A program made the translations under genes and the position numbers. A stretch of 64,000 nt of DNA from Yuukianura sp. NJ FZ-2021 (lineage: Eukaryota), in NCBI GenBank assembly GCA_046563655.1, contig CM102285.1, positions 434,001 through 498,000 on the forward strand, read 5' to 3'. Positions 1-11,100 of the stretch are shown here, piece after piece. The number at the start of each line of letters is the position of its first letter. The stretch's first letter is position 1. The notes below the pieces were generated by a model that was not told the DNA's origin, searched no databases, and saw nothing but the letters and a program-made list of their open reading frames with translations.

Positions 1-32
1 TCCCGGGTTTCAAAATTTTGAAATTTTGATAG

Positions 33-290
33 AATCAAGCAGCGTCAATCAACATAGCAATTTGTTGGCTCCGGAGTTCCTTGACCCTGCTGTTCCTCGT
101 GTCACTCAAAACGATTGTTCTAGCAATTGCATTCCTCTGTGAGGAAATGGAAGCTGATTGGGTCACTTTCGGAATCGGAGTGACCGAAATCCTTTTTCGG
201 ACGTTCGGTTCTTACTGGGTGCCAAAATTCATTAATTTTCTCAAATGTCAGTATCAGTTTGACTCAAGATGTCACGTAATGAGAATTTAA
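33..290 (+). CDS. 3' exon of an unknown hydrophobic (membrane) protein, copy A; gene begins before the window
   Basis: AG acceptor at 31-32, then open frame NQAASINIAICWLRSSLTLLFLVSLK...CHVMRI*; near-identical to 1393-1650. Confidence 0.5.
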   Translation, partial: NQAASINIAICWLRSSLTLLFLVSLKTIVLAIAFLCEEMEADWVTFGIGVTEILFRTFGSYWVPKFINFLKCQYQFDSRCHVMRI

Positions 291-460
291 GTTTAGCTAA
301 ATCTAATAAGCTTAATCTATTTAGATTGATTAATCTAACTTTAATAATTAACAAAGACTGGTATACTTTTTTACGTCAGGAAAACTAAAAACACGAAAAA
401 TTGAGTTAAAAATGTTTCAAAACATATTTTTTAAGTAAAATCTCGCAAAAACGTTGCTGT

Positions 461-530
461 GGAAACCAGCGACTTGGTTAGCATCCGCTATTCAAAACAG
501 GGTCAGGCCAGTTCGAAACCTGGTTGGAGC
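461..530 (+). repeat. Degenerate tRNA-like element (second copy ~1813-1885)
   Basis: A-box-like GCGACTTGGTTAGC, B-box GTTCGAAACC, followed by a T-run; stems poorly paired. Confidence 0.4.
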
Positions 531-633
531 AAAATACTTTTTTGAAGAAAAAGTTAAATTTTAGGTTTTTAAAAAAAAGTTAAATAAGTTTTAATCGGTT
601 TTAGTCAATGTTAGGACGCTGAATTTCTAAAAA

Positions 634-921
634 ATGCCGCTCAACAGACGCAGGTCGAGCTCCGTGATGCTGGAAAGTCAAATCCTGGAGAGAATTGGTG
701 AATGTGAGCACTGTTTCCCTCTGTACTCCTACTATGCTGACAGCATAAGTGACACTGGACGGAGTACTACGACTGACGACCAAGTGGATCACGTCGCTCG
801 CATGTTTGGGTTGCCATCGCTACCGACACGAAAACAGCTTATAGCCAAAAGGAAAGCAGAAGCACAGTGGGGCAGAATCAAAAATAACAGGCCACGGTTG
901 TTAGGGGAAACGTTGAGTTAA
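634..921 (+). pseudogene. Truncated duplicate of the 1990-2553 ORF
   Basis: Nearly identical to the 1990 ORF up to ...AKRKAE (862), then reads into transposon sequence. Confidence 0.7.
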
Positions 922-1072
922 TTTTTGTAATTACATTAAAAGTGAATGTCAAAATCAGGATTTACGCGGATCGAAATCCCGAAAAATCCCGGTAACCCAC
1001 TGCTAATCTAAAAGTTGGAATAAAAACTAGACACCGTCATGTACCAAGTCCGACTGCCACTTCGTGCCACTT
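863..1072. mobile_element. One end of a Transib-like MITE (same family as 36454-36886)
   Basis: Starts CACAGTGGGGC; aligns by eye to the reverse complement of ~36675-36886 (e.g. TAAAAACTAGACA..TACCAAGTCCGACTGCCACTT). Confidence 0.8.
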
Positions 1073-1080
1073 TGGCACTT

Positions 1081-1650
1081 GTCGTACAATGTCACCGAAG
1101 ACGCAGAGGAAGACGTTGACGCAGTGTCGGAGCAACTACGACATATGAGTAAAAGTTTCAAAACTTTGGAATCCAGAATTTTGAAATCCAAAATATGAAA
1201 TCTAAATTTCGAAATTCTTGTTCCACAGAACTTCCATTTTACTCTTTCGTGATGATTTGCGTGGTCGTCTTTACGCTGAATCTGTTCCAAATTTTTATGG
1301 GATTTTCTCTCCAAGTCGCCACATTTGGGCGGGTAATTTTTTGTTTTTCGCTTTTCAAAATTTCCGGGTTCAAAATTTTGAAATTTTGATAGAATCAAGC
1401 AGCGTCAATCAACATAGCAATTTGTTGGCTCCGGAGTTCCTTGACCTTGCTATTTCTCGTGTCACTCAAAACAATTGTTTTAGCAATTGCATTCCTCTGT
1501 GAGGAAATGGAACCTGATTGGATCACGTTCGGAATCGGAGTAACCGAAATCCTTTTTCGGACGTTCGGTTCTTACTGGGTGCCAAAATTCATTAATTTTC
1601 TCAAATGTCAGTATCAGTTTGACTCAAGATGTCACGTGATGAGAATTTAA
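1081..1650 (+). CDS. Partial copy B of the unknown membrane-protein gene (exons ~1081-1149, ~1230-1332, 1393-1650)
   Basis: GT-AG introns; hydrophobic segments LPFYSFVMICVVVFTLNLFQIFMGF and LTLLFLVSLKTIVLAIAFL; no 5' end seen. Confidence 0.45.
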
Positions 1651-1989
1651 GTTTAGTTAAAGCTAAATCTAATTAGATTAATTAATCTAACTTGAATAAT
1701 TAACAAAGACTGTTATAATTTTTTACGTCAAGAAAACTAAAAACACGAAAAATTGAATTAAAAACGTTAAAAATTTTTTTTTTGAAGTAAAATCTAGTAA
1801 AAACGTTGATTTGGAAACCAACGACATGGTTAGCCTCCGCACTTCTAAACAGGGTGAGGCCAGTTCGAAACCTAGTTGGAGCAAAATACTTTTTTTTTGA
1901 AGAAAAAGATAAATTTTATAGCTTGTTAAGTGTTCTGACCAGCTTTACTCAGTGCAAGCGATGCTGAGCTAGACGCTGATTTTCAAAAA

Positions 1990-2553
1990 ATGCCGCTCAA
2001 CAGACGCAGGTCGTGTTCAGTCATGCTGGAAAGTCAAGTCCTGGAGAGAATTGGTGAATGTGAGCACTGTTTCCCTCTGTACTCCTACTATGCTGACAGC
2101 ATAAGTGACACTGGACGGAGTACTACGACTGACGACCAAGTGGACCACGTCGCTCGCATGTTCGGGTTGCCATCGCTACCGACACGAAAACAGCTTATAG
2201 CCAAAAGGAAAGCAGAAGGCATGACCTCTCTGGAAATCCATGAAAGCCAGGAACATCGGAAGTACAAAGCATATGTGAATGACTTTGCAGCCACAATGGC
2301 CGCTTGTCGTCACCATTCCAGCGAAGGTGTTTGCTACCTTGGTCTGGTCAGTCTTGTCCGAGGAATAATCAAGTTCTGGAAGTTGTGCGTTGCGCTGTAT
2401 TTCCGTGCGAGGTCAAAGGTCAGCCCGTCGTCAACAGTTGAACGATCAACTGCTACTGATGGAAATTATTCCACAGACACCGCGGAATCAACACACAAAG
2501 TTCGGACTCGTCGAAGAGGCAGGCGGAAGCATGTTGTGGTCCAAGTCGTCTAA
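1990..2553 (+). CDS. Hypothetical protein, 187 aa
   Basis: ATG-initiated ORF with higher GC than its flanks; no recognised family. Confidence 0.5.
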   Translation: MPLNRRRSCSVMLESQVLERIGECEHCFPLYSYYADSISDTGRSTTTDDQVDHVARMFGLPSLPTRKQLIAKRKAEGMTSLEIHESQEHRKYKAYVNDFAATMAACRHHSSEGVCYLGLVSLVRGIIKFWKLCVALYFRARSKVSPSSTVERSTATDGNYSTDTAESTHKVRTRRRGRRKHVVVQVV

Positions 2554-2632
2554 CAGCTGATTGGCACAAATTGAGAAACTTTTTCAAAATTTTTACTGAA
2601 ATGATCAAAAAATGGACAGATTTACTTCACAG

Positions 2633-3731
2633 TTAAGAATTTTCAAGAAACTTGGTAATAAACTGGGCATGACTTGCGTAAAGTTTAAGGTCGGGAACAA
2701 TATCTATCCATCGAACTGCTCTCGCATCACTTCCCGCCTTGAGGTTTTGTGGACTTAGAAACTGTTCTAGCTCCGGTGAGCAGTTGATGTTGACACAACA
2801 AGTTTCCATCCAAGCATTGTCCGTGTTGCGTGGATCGTCAACGTAGCCTTGGTATAAAACTGTTTTATGAACTCCCTCTGCAGTAAACATCTGAGACAGC
2901 AGTTGCGACACTCGAGTGGCCACTTCAGTTGACATGCGCTCTGAATCCAGTACTTCTTCCATAAACTCTCGTTTTAACGCTGCCTCAATGTCTTCACCAG
3001 GATCCACCATTCCTGCAAAAACAACGATTTTTTGAAAATCAGAACGACAAAGAAACGTTCTCCAAAATTGTTCTAAAAATGATGTGACCTTGACCTTACC
3101 GCCAGGAATGGCCCAGTCACCAGTATCGCGACGCTGGATTCCAATAAATTGGTATTGGTAGGAGGAAAGCAGTGAATCCGAACTGTTGTCGTTGCTGGAC
3201 TCCGGTTTTTTCCTAGAAGGCGAAATACAACGATTCATAAACGTTTTTCTCTCATTGCAAGTGTTGGGAGCATCTATTGGAAGTAGTACTGGAAGTATCT
3301 ATTGGAAGTATGTAAATGACAAGTAGATGGATTGTGTTAGATGTTACGAGTTACCTTGTAATCAAACAGTCGACAGCATGGTTGCAAGCCCACTTGCCCA
3401 AGTACCCTCTTCCAGAAATGCCTGTCCGACCAGCAGGATTAAGTGGATATCCGGTGTCACTGATTTGGTAAATTCCTTCGTAACTAACACGATTGACTGG
3501 ACCGTCTACTTGGTTCCAATTAAATGAAGCATCGTCGGATCCAATTTCTTTGTCAGCCCATGGCGGTGCGTTGAGGACACTTTTGGCAGTGAAGTTAGTT
3601 GGACTGTATTCTGGAAATGGTATTGACCATGGAGCCTTTTCTTCCGGAACTGGACTTCGTCTGACCTGAGGCGGGTCATTCCGATCGTAAACAGCCTTCA
3701 AGTTCTTCCGCAAAGACAGCAGAGACTTCAT
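2633..3731 (-). CDS. NUDT9: ADP-ribose pyrophosphatase, NUDT9 family (3 exons)
   Basis: Motifs PLNPAGRTGISGRG, WAIPGGMVDPGE..REFMEE, YQGYVDDPRNTDNAWMET, AGSDA, LYASH. Confidence 0.95.
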
Positions 3732-3759
3732 CCTGTCTACCTAACCTAACCTAACCATT

Positions 3760-5183
3760 CAGGGCGATCGAAAAATTTAGCGGGTCCCCGCCCCTGTTCC
3801 CCCCTCACTTTTTGAAATTCCCGCGAAAATCTGGGAGTTGTTCCGAGTTGTGCGCAACGAAGTCAAAAACTTAGAAAGTAAAACATATTTTTTATTTACA
3901 TGAGATAATTATATAATCAAAATAACTAATTAACTAAAATTGAAAGTGATCAGTCATCACTGATGATTTTTCACTGATCACTGTAAGTTTTTTAGTGACC
4001 ACTAAAAACTTTTAGTTATCTCTTCAGTGTTAACTAAAAATTTCCAGTGACTACAAATTATTCAGTAACCACTAAAATTGTCAGTGGTCACTGATGATTA
4101 TTTAGTGACCAAAATGTTTTCAGTAATAAGTGACGGAAGCAATTTTTTATTGATTACTGATGATTTCTCAGCATCCACCAAGAACCTTCCAGCAAAAACT
4201 GGTCGTTTTTCAGTGACCACCAACAACTTTTCATTGATCACTGGTGTTTTTTCAGTGACCACCAACTTTTCAGTGAACACTGACTATTTTTCAGTAACCA
4301 CCCAAAAGTTTAAACTCATTTTCATTTTTCCTTAGAACAGTTAACCCGATTCTGTAGCACGAGGCACGAATGACGTTTTAAACTTATCCTTACACAAGTG
4401 CTGTCCTAACTGAAGGGTCCAACTTATGTTTACAATTATGTTTATGTTTAAAAAAGATAACCATAAACTTAAACATAAGGTTACGCAGAGTTTTCCTAAG
4501 TGTCTATTAATTAATTAGACTGAAAACTATTGGTTACAAGAATAAAAAATTGTTAATCGTTGATCTAATGTTACTGAAAAATCGTGAGTCATCACTGAAA
4601 AATCACCAGTGGTCACTGAAAAGTTGGTGGTCACTGAAAAAACACCAGTGATCAATGAAAAGTTGTTGGTGGTCACTGAAAAATTATCAGTTTTAGTAGT
4701 CACTGAAAAATTATCAGTTTTGGTAGTCACTGAAAAACGACCAGTTTTTGCTGGAAGGTTTTTGGTGGATGCTGAGAAATCATCAGTAATCAATAAAAAT
4801 TTGCTTCCGTCACTTATTACTGAAAACATTTTGGTCACTAAATAATCATCAGTGACCATTGACAATTTTAGTGGTTACTGAATAATTTGTAGTCACTGAA
4901 AATTTTTATTTAACACTGAAGAGATAACTAAAAGTTTTTAGTGGTCACTAAAAAACTTACAGTGATCAGTGAAAAATCATCAGTGATGACTGATCACTTT
5001 CAATTTTAGTTAATTAGTTATTTTGATTATATAATTATCTCATGTAAATAAAAAATATGTTTTACTTTCTAAGTTTTTGACTTCGTTGCGCACAACTCGG
5101 CACAACTCCCAGATTTTCGCGGGAATTTCAAAAAGTGAGGGGGGAACAGGGGCGGGGACCCGCTAAATTTTTCGATCGCCCTG
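3760..5183. mobile_element. Foldback-like element with ~500-bp near-perfect inverted arms
   Basis: 3760-~4280 is the reverse complement of ~4610-5183 (ends CAGGGCGATCGAAAAATTTAGCGGG); arms contain CAGTGACC/GGTCACTG subrepeats; no TSD seen. Confidence 0.85.
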
Positions 5184-5961
5184 TAGAAAAAATCAGATTT
5201 AAGGCCAAGTTACTTCAATCTTGCTATCTCAATCGCAATTAAATCAAACTCAATTAATTGAACCATGATTAATTCATTTGACTAGACATGCCTGGATGTT
5301 GGTTTGATAGAATTCAACTAATAACTTTCCAGTGTTTGATTCATTGTTTCCGAAAATCGGTTTAACATACCTGACCCTGGTATCCGTATCTTATAAGTTA
5401 TTTGGAGAAGTACAACAAGCAAAACCCACCGATTAATTAAAGTGCTCCGAAGCATTCGCTTATTAGTTGATTAATCAATAACTGGATACTGCTGAAAATC
5501 AATTCATGGATGATGACACTGACTCTGACCCTGACCGGTTACGTAGACAGAATTTACATTCCTGTCAATCTCAGCTGTTCCATTGGGGCAAACAGAAACA
5601 AAAGGGAAAGCGTCCCCGCGTCTCTATTGCTCTGCCTTTCCTTTCAAAAAATATTTGGATGACGTAAGGCTTAGCGACTCATTTGTACTCCTGTCACTAC
5701 ATACAAAATAGTGTAGCCACTCTTGCCATTTTTTTAGTTACAATAAGTGGCTACATTTTAGTGGCAACGTATGTTGCCTCTGCAATCTAATCCATTCTTA
5801 AAGTTGCCGTAAAGTGTAGCCGTACTTTGGCATCGTTGTAACCCCAAGCTGGCTACAAGTGGAGAACTGACCCTTACTGCAACCATTCTTGTTTGTGGAC
5901 TGTCAGTTTTTTCTGGAAAGACACAAACACAAAGGAAATTAAATTAAGTGAGTTAATTGAT

Positions 5962-8096
5962 GGGTGTATCAAGACAGCACCTCTTCACCGTCAAACCAGC
6001 ACCTCAATTTCAGCACCGTCAAGACAGCACCTCATTTCAGCACCTCAGCTCTGTGTTAAAGGATACCCCACCGTCAAGACAGCACCTCAGCACCTCAATA
6101 ATTTTTTTAAAAAGTGAGGTGTTTGGGTGCTGACTTGACGCATCCCCCCCGGTGCATCAAGTCAGCACCTCACTTCTAGCACCTCACTCCCAATGTTAAA
6201 CGGTGCACCATAAAAAATTCAATTTCAAATCTCGGATTTTTTTCCCAATTTTTTTTCCAGAAGAACTTTATTGACCCAGGTTAGGTTAGGTTCTTTTAGA
6301 AAAAAATGGACCCTCATTTCGAAAAAATATTTTGGTTTTTTGGTAGAATTTTGATTTAGTGGGAAAATTCTGAACATTTTTGAGGAGACACTACATCGAC
6401 CCCTCATAACGAAAAGCAAAAAAAAAATTCACCGAAAATCAAAAAATCTACCTCAAAAAAAATTTTTTCAACATTTTGAATGAAAAAATTTTGATTTCCG
6501 GTCAATTTTTTTTCCTTTTTGTTATGAGGGGTCACAAAAACTTTCAGAATTTTCAAATTTTCCCACTGAGTCAAAATTTTTCCAATATTATATTTTATTT
6601 CTGGTGAAGATAAAATTTTCGTTTTTTTTTCGTATCATGGGTTAGTGTGGTAAGGTGTTGCTGGATGCTTAAACGTCCAGTAGCTTAATCGCAACTTCCT
6701 GTGGATATCCACTGGACGAAATGTGCCCCAAATGGTCGTAACTCTTAGTGGATGGAAGAAATCAAAAATTTAACGCGAAATTTTTAAAAAAATCCAAATT
6801 TAGAACTACAAAATAATAATAACAAAAAGTTTTTCATTCACCCCTAAATTAATTATATATTGAAAACTTGCTTAAAAACGTACTTCGTTTGTCCACCGTA
6901 TTTTTATTTTTGTCAGTTTTTTTATATTACATTTATTCAAACCCGCGGGTAAAGCTCCTTAGGATTCATCCATTTCGTCCGATTCTTCCACTGGATATCC
7001 AGCCGTGGATGAACTGTCGAAAAAGTGGATATCCACCAACACTGGTTCGTTGGCCTTAATGCACATTGGCAATTGATCCAGGTTTTGACCCCCTAGGAGG
7101 GGTCACAAACTCATGGTCCATATACCATAGTTGATCAACTCAATGAGAGGAACAACTTTTGTTAGGGCAATTTTCCCGATTTTATATTGAAAAGGTCAAT
7201 TAACTTGACCTTTGACCCAGCAAAAGGTCATAAAACCGGATGATATTCCATAGTGACTAGGTCCGAGTCGTGCCATGGTTGGTGGTAAAAATCCGATTGA
7301 AATTGTTCCACTAATTGCCGAGATAATTTTACTCATATTTTTCAGACAGACGGACATTAATCTTATTATAAAAACGGTTGTAAATCGGTGTACCTAAGTA
7401 GCGAAGAATGGCCCCACTTTCCAGCCAGGCGGAGTGGTGGTGGGTTTTACTTCCCCACAGCAGGATGTTGAAATGAAAGATATTGACCTTTGATCCGGAT
7501 GGAGGTCACTTGGGGTCATGTGATGTAAATATAAGTAGTTGGTCTCAATGAGACGAAGAACTTTTGTAGAGGTCATTTTCTGTGTTTCCTGGGATGAAAC
7601 CGGTTGACCTTGACCTTTGACCCGGAACGCATTGACCTACCCGGATGATATTCAATAGTGAACGTCTCCGGGTCACTAGGTGTCCACCGGTGAAAACAGA
7701 TCTCGGAAATGTTGAACCGTTTCCGAGATAATTGCCGTGTACGGCCGGCCAGACAGACGGACAATGTCGACGCATAAAGTAGCTCAGCTACTTAATACGC
7801 TTCAAGATACCGCCCAATAGTAAAACTAACCGGAATTGAATTTTTTATGATGCAACCTTTAACACTGAGAGTGAGGTGCTAGAAGTGAGGTGCTGACTTG
7901 ATGCACCGGGGGGGATGCGTCAAGTCAGCACCCAAACACCTCACTTTTTTAAAAAATTATTGAGGTGCTGAGGTGCTGTCTTGACGGTGGGGTATCCTTT
8001 AACACAGAGCTGAGGTGCTGAAATGAGGTGCTGTCTTGACGGTGCTGAAATTGAGGTGCTGGTTTGACGGTGATGAGGTGTTGTCTTGATGCACCC
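5962..8096. mobile_element. Non-autonomous Mutator-like (MULE) element
   Basis: ~230-bp TIRs starting GGGTG with CAGCACCTCA subrepeats; perfect 9-bp TSD TTAATTGAT (5953-5961 and 8097-8105). Confidence 0.9.
7395..7794 (+). mobile_element. Probable Helentron-associated (HINE/DINE-like) element nested in the MULE; related fragment at ~7075-7360
   Basis: 5' TAAGTAGC inverted with 3' GCTACTTA; terminal hairpin AAGTAGC-TCA-GCTACTT; CAGACAGACGGAC motif; TGACCTTTGACC core motifs. Confidence 0.5.
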
Positions 8097-8174
8097 TTAA
8101 TTGATTTGGTTTCGATTAATTCACATCGAGATTTGTGTTTTGATAAGTGTAGTGACTGCAACTGAGCCGCAGCG

Positions 8175-11100
8175 ATGCCGGCTGTCCTCAAGTACATCGA
8201 TGTGGACAATTTCAAGTCCTACAAAGGGTACCAACGTATTGGCCCTTTGAAGCCGTTTATGGCTGTCGTCGGACCAAATGGATCAGGTAACCTCTGGTGC
8301 TTAAATTCATGACTTGGATGGTCCGATTAATTGGTTTATTTGAATTATAGGAAAATCGAACTTCATGGATGCCATTAGTTTCGTTATGGGAGAGAAGACG
8401 TCGTCACTTCGAGTGAAGCGCCTGAGTGACTTGATTCATGGAGCATCAGTGGGTCATCCAGTATCTAGAAGTGCTTCAGTCGTTGCTGTCGTTGAACTGG
8501 ATGATGGAACGGAGAAAAAGTTTTCTCGAATTGTCCAGAACTTGTCTTCAGAGTACCGTATCGACGGAGAAGTACGCTTATTCGTTAACATAGTCATTAA
8601 TCATGATAAAGCAGTGCATAATTTTCATGTTCACTTGTGTCTCTAGGTTGTTGGACAACAGCAGTATGCCACTCAGCTGGAGACGCTCGGTATCAACGTC
8701 AAGGCTAAGAACTTCCTTGTCTTCCAAGGAGCCGTTGAGAACATAGCCATGAAAAGCCCTAAAGAACGTACAGCTCTTTTTGAGGAAATCAGTGGGTAAG
8801 GATAGCACCTGATAAGGTCAATAATCATAATTACGCGCTGAAATACTTGTAATTACTTACCGAAATACTTACTCCCGTAGATGATTGTAATTACTTACTG
8901 GAATGTTTATAATTATGTAATTACTTAGCGAAATACTTATAATTACTTAATCACGTGTATTATTCTCTAGATCCGGTGCTCTGAGAGATGCTTATGAGAA
9001 GGCAAAGGCAGAGATGCTGCAAGCAGAAAGTGACACGCAGTTTACTTACTTGAAGAAGAAGGGAATCGCTGCTGAGAGAAAAGAAGCGAAGATGGAGAAG
9101 GAAGAGGCCGAGAAGTATCAAAAACTCAAAAGCGATTATGTAAGTAGCTGCTGCGGCAGAGTAGAGTACTTAGGTTAATGAGTTAGAGGTTAGTAAGGTT
9201 ATTTTTAAGTTAACGTTAGTTTAATTAGTAAAGATAACATGTTGGTTATGTTCTGAACAGCGTTTGAAGGAAGTTGAGCTGAACTTGTTCAAACTGTATC
9301 ACATTGAACAAGAAATCGGACGAATGGAGGAAGACGTAAAGAAAAAGCAAAAGGAATTGGGGAAATTGGAGAAAGGGAAGACCGAACTGGATAACGAACT
9401 ACGTGAAAAGAAAAGAGAACTAGGAACACTCAATAAACGATTAGCAGAACAAGAAAATCAGGCTCGCGAGAAGGTAAGTAATCGATTACTTTTGAACGTT
9501 AGTTCAATTCAATTCATTAAAGTAAATCAGCTGATTCCTTAATTCTGATGATTAGGAGAGAGCTCTCAACGCAAAGAGACCAGAATTCATCAAGGCCAAA
9601 GAAAACGTGTCTCACATCAAGAAAAAAGTGGAAACTTCTAACAAGTCTTTGGAGCAAGCTAAAAAAGTTAGACTAATTGACTTAAGTTAAAGTTGATTAA
9701 TCGAATTAAACTAATTAACTTTATGTATTAATTGAAATTTTGTTGTAATTTTAGGCAAAAGAAGCTCACGACAACGATATCCAAGTGCTTCGTGACCAAA
9801 TCAAGCAAATTGAGCAGGTTCAGAAGGAGCACCTCGAAAAAACAAAATCAGAATCGCTGAACCAGGGGCAGGTCATCGTTCTACAAGAAAAGCAGGTTAG
9901 TCACCTACTGTTTCCAAAGTTACCGTAAAACTTCTAATAAGCGCCCGGGCATTTATTCAAATTCAAAATCTCAACTTACCCCCGAGCATTTTTATCTTAT
10001 GTCTGGGTCAAACGCCACGGAGTTTATGGGACATTCGTGTTTATTAGAAGTTTTACGGTATTTTCTACTAAATATGGTAGTTTTTTTTAACAGAGTTGTT
10101 TTTGTTTTCTTTTAGCTTCAAGAGTACTGGAAATTGAAGTCGAAAGTGCAGGAGATCTCGCGAATTGAAAGTGAAAAGTTGAACGAGTTGAACCGACTGC
10201 AGAAAGATGACCAGGAGACTTTGGACAACTTGCAGCGTCAAAAGACGGAACAGGACAACCGACAACGTCAGCTCACTCATGAACTGGCAGAATCCACCAA
10301 AAGAGTAGAAAAACTCAAAGAACATATTAGAGTCAACGAGGCTTCTTTGGACGAACAGCGACGTATCCGTGACGAACTCAAGTCCGAAGTTGGATCTTCC
10401 AAAGGTACATTTACAATTCACGGTATTACGATTTACGTTTTTACATTTACATTTTTACGTTATATTTACAGGAAAAGTTCACCATTTGCAGCAACGGTTG
10501 GATGAATTGAACATGAAATTGGGTGATGCTCGTGTGGACAAGCATGAAGATGCTCGCAGAAAGAAGAAACAGGAAATCGTTGAAACTTTTCAAGAACATT
10601 TTCCGGGAGTCGTAAGTTTTTTCTTGAAAATCGTAGAAAAAACGTTTTTTTTTTTGATTTTCGAGAAACTTTTTTCTTTTGAAAAGTGTTTTTCAAGTTT
10701 TGTTTTTGTTTTTTAGTATGACCGGATGATCAACATGTGTAATCCGAGACACACAAAGTACAAAGTGGCCGTGACGAAGGTGATGGGGAAGTACATGGAG
10801 GCAATTGTGGTTGACTCTGAGAAAACTGCTCGCAGTTGTATCCAGTACTTGAAGGAACAGATGCTGGAGCCAGAAACGTTTCTTCCTCTGGATAACATTG
10901 ATGTCAAGCCACTAAAAGAACGTTTACGGTAACGTAATTTCAACGTCATGATAAATTAGCATTGATAATTTTAAGCTTAACTCTGGTTTTAATCTTGTTT
11001 CTGATTGGTGCAGAGCAATTCGTGACCCGCCGAATGTCCATTTGCTCTATGATATTCTGGACTTCAAGCCAGCACAGATTGAAAAGGCAGTTAAATTCTG

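Larger units (their letters stand above)
1..2218. repeat. Tandem segmental duplication, period ~1.36 kb (1-862 vs ~1362-2218)
   Basis: Colinear near-identical sequence, including paired ORFs 81/1441 and 634/1990; similarity stops at 862, where CACAGTG begins. Confidence 0.9.

Noticed and set aside
4078-4865. Paired ORFs in the foldback arms
   Set aside because: Low-complexity translations of subrepeats, mirrored by the inversion
5690-5880. GTAGCCAC/GTGGCTAC-rich patch resembling ~21230-21420 and ~48440-48610
   Set aside because: Probably an old repeat, but boundaries, TIRs and TSD could not be defined
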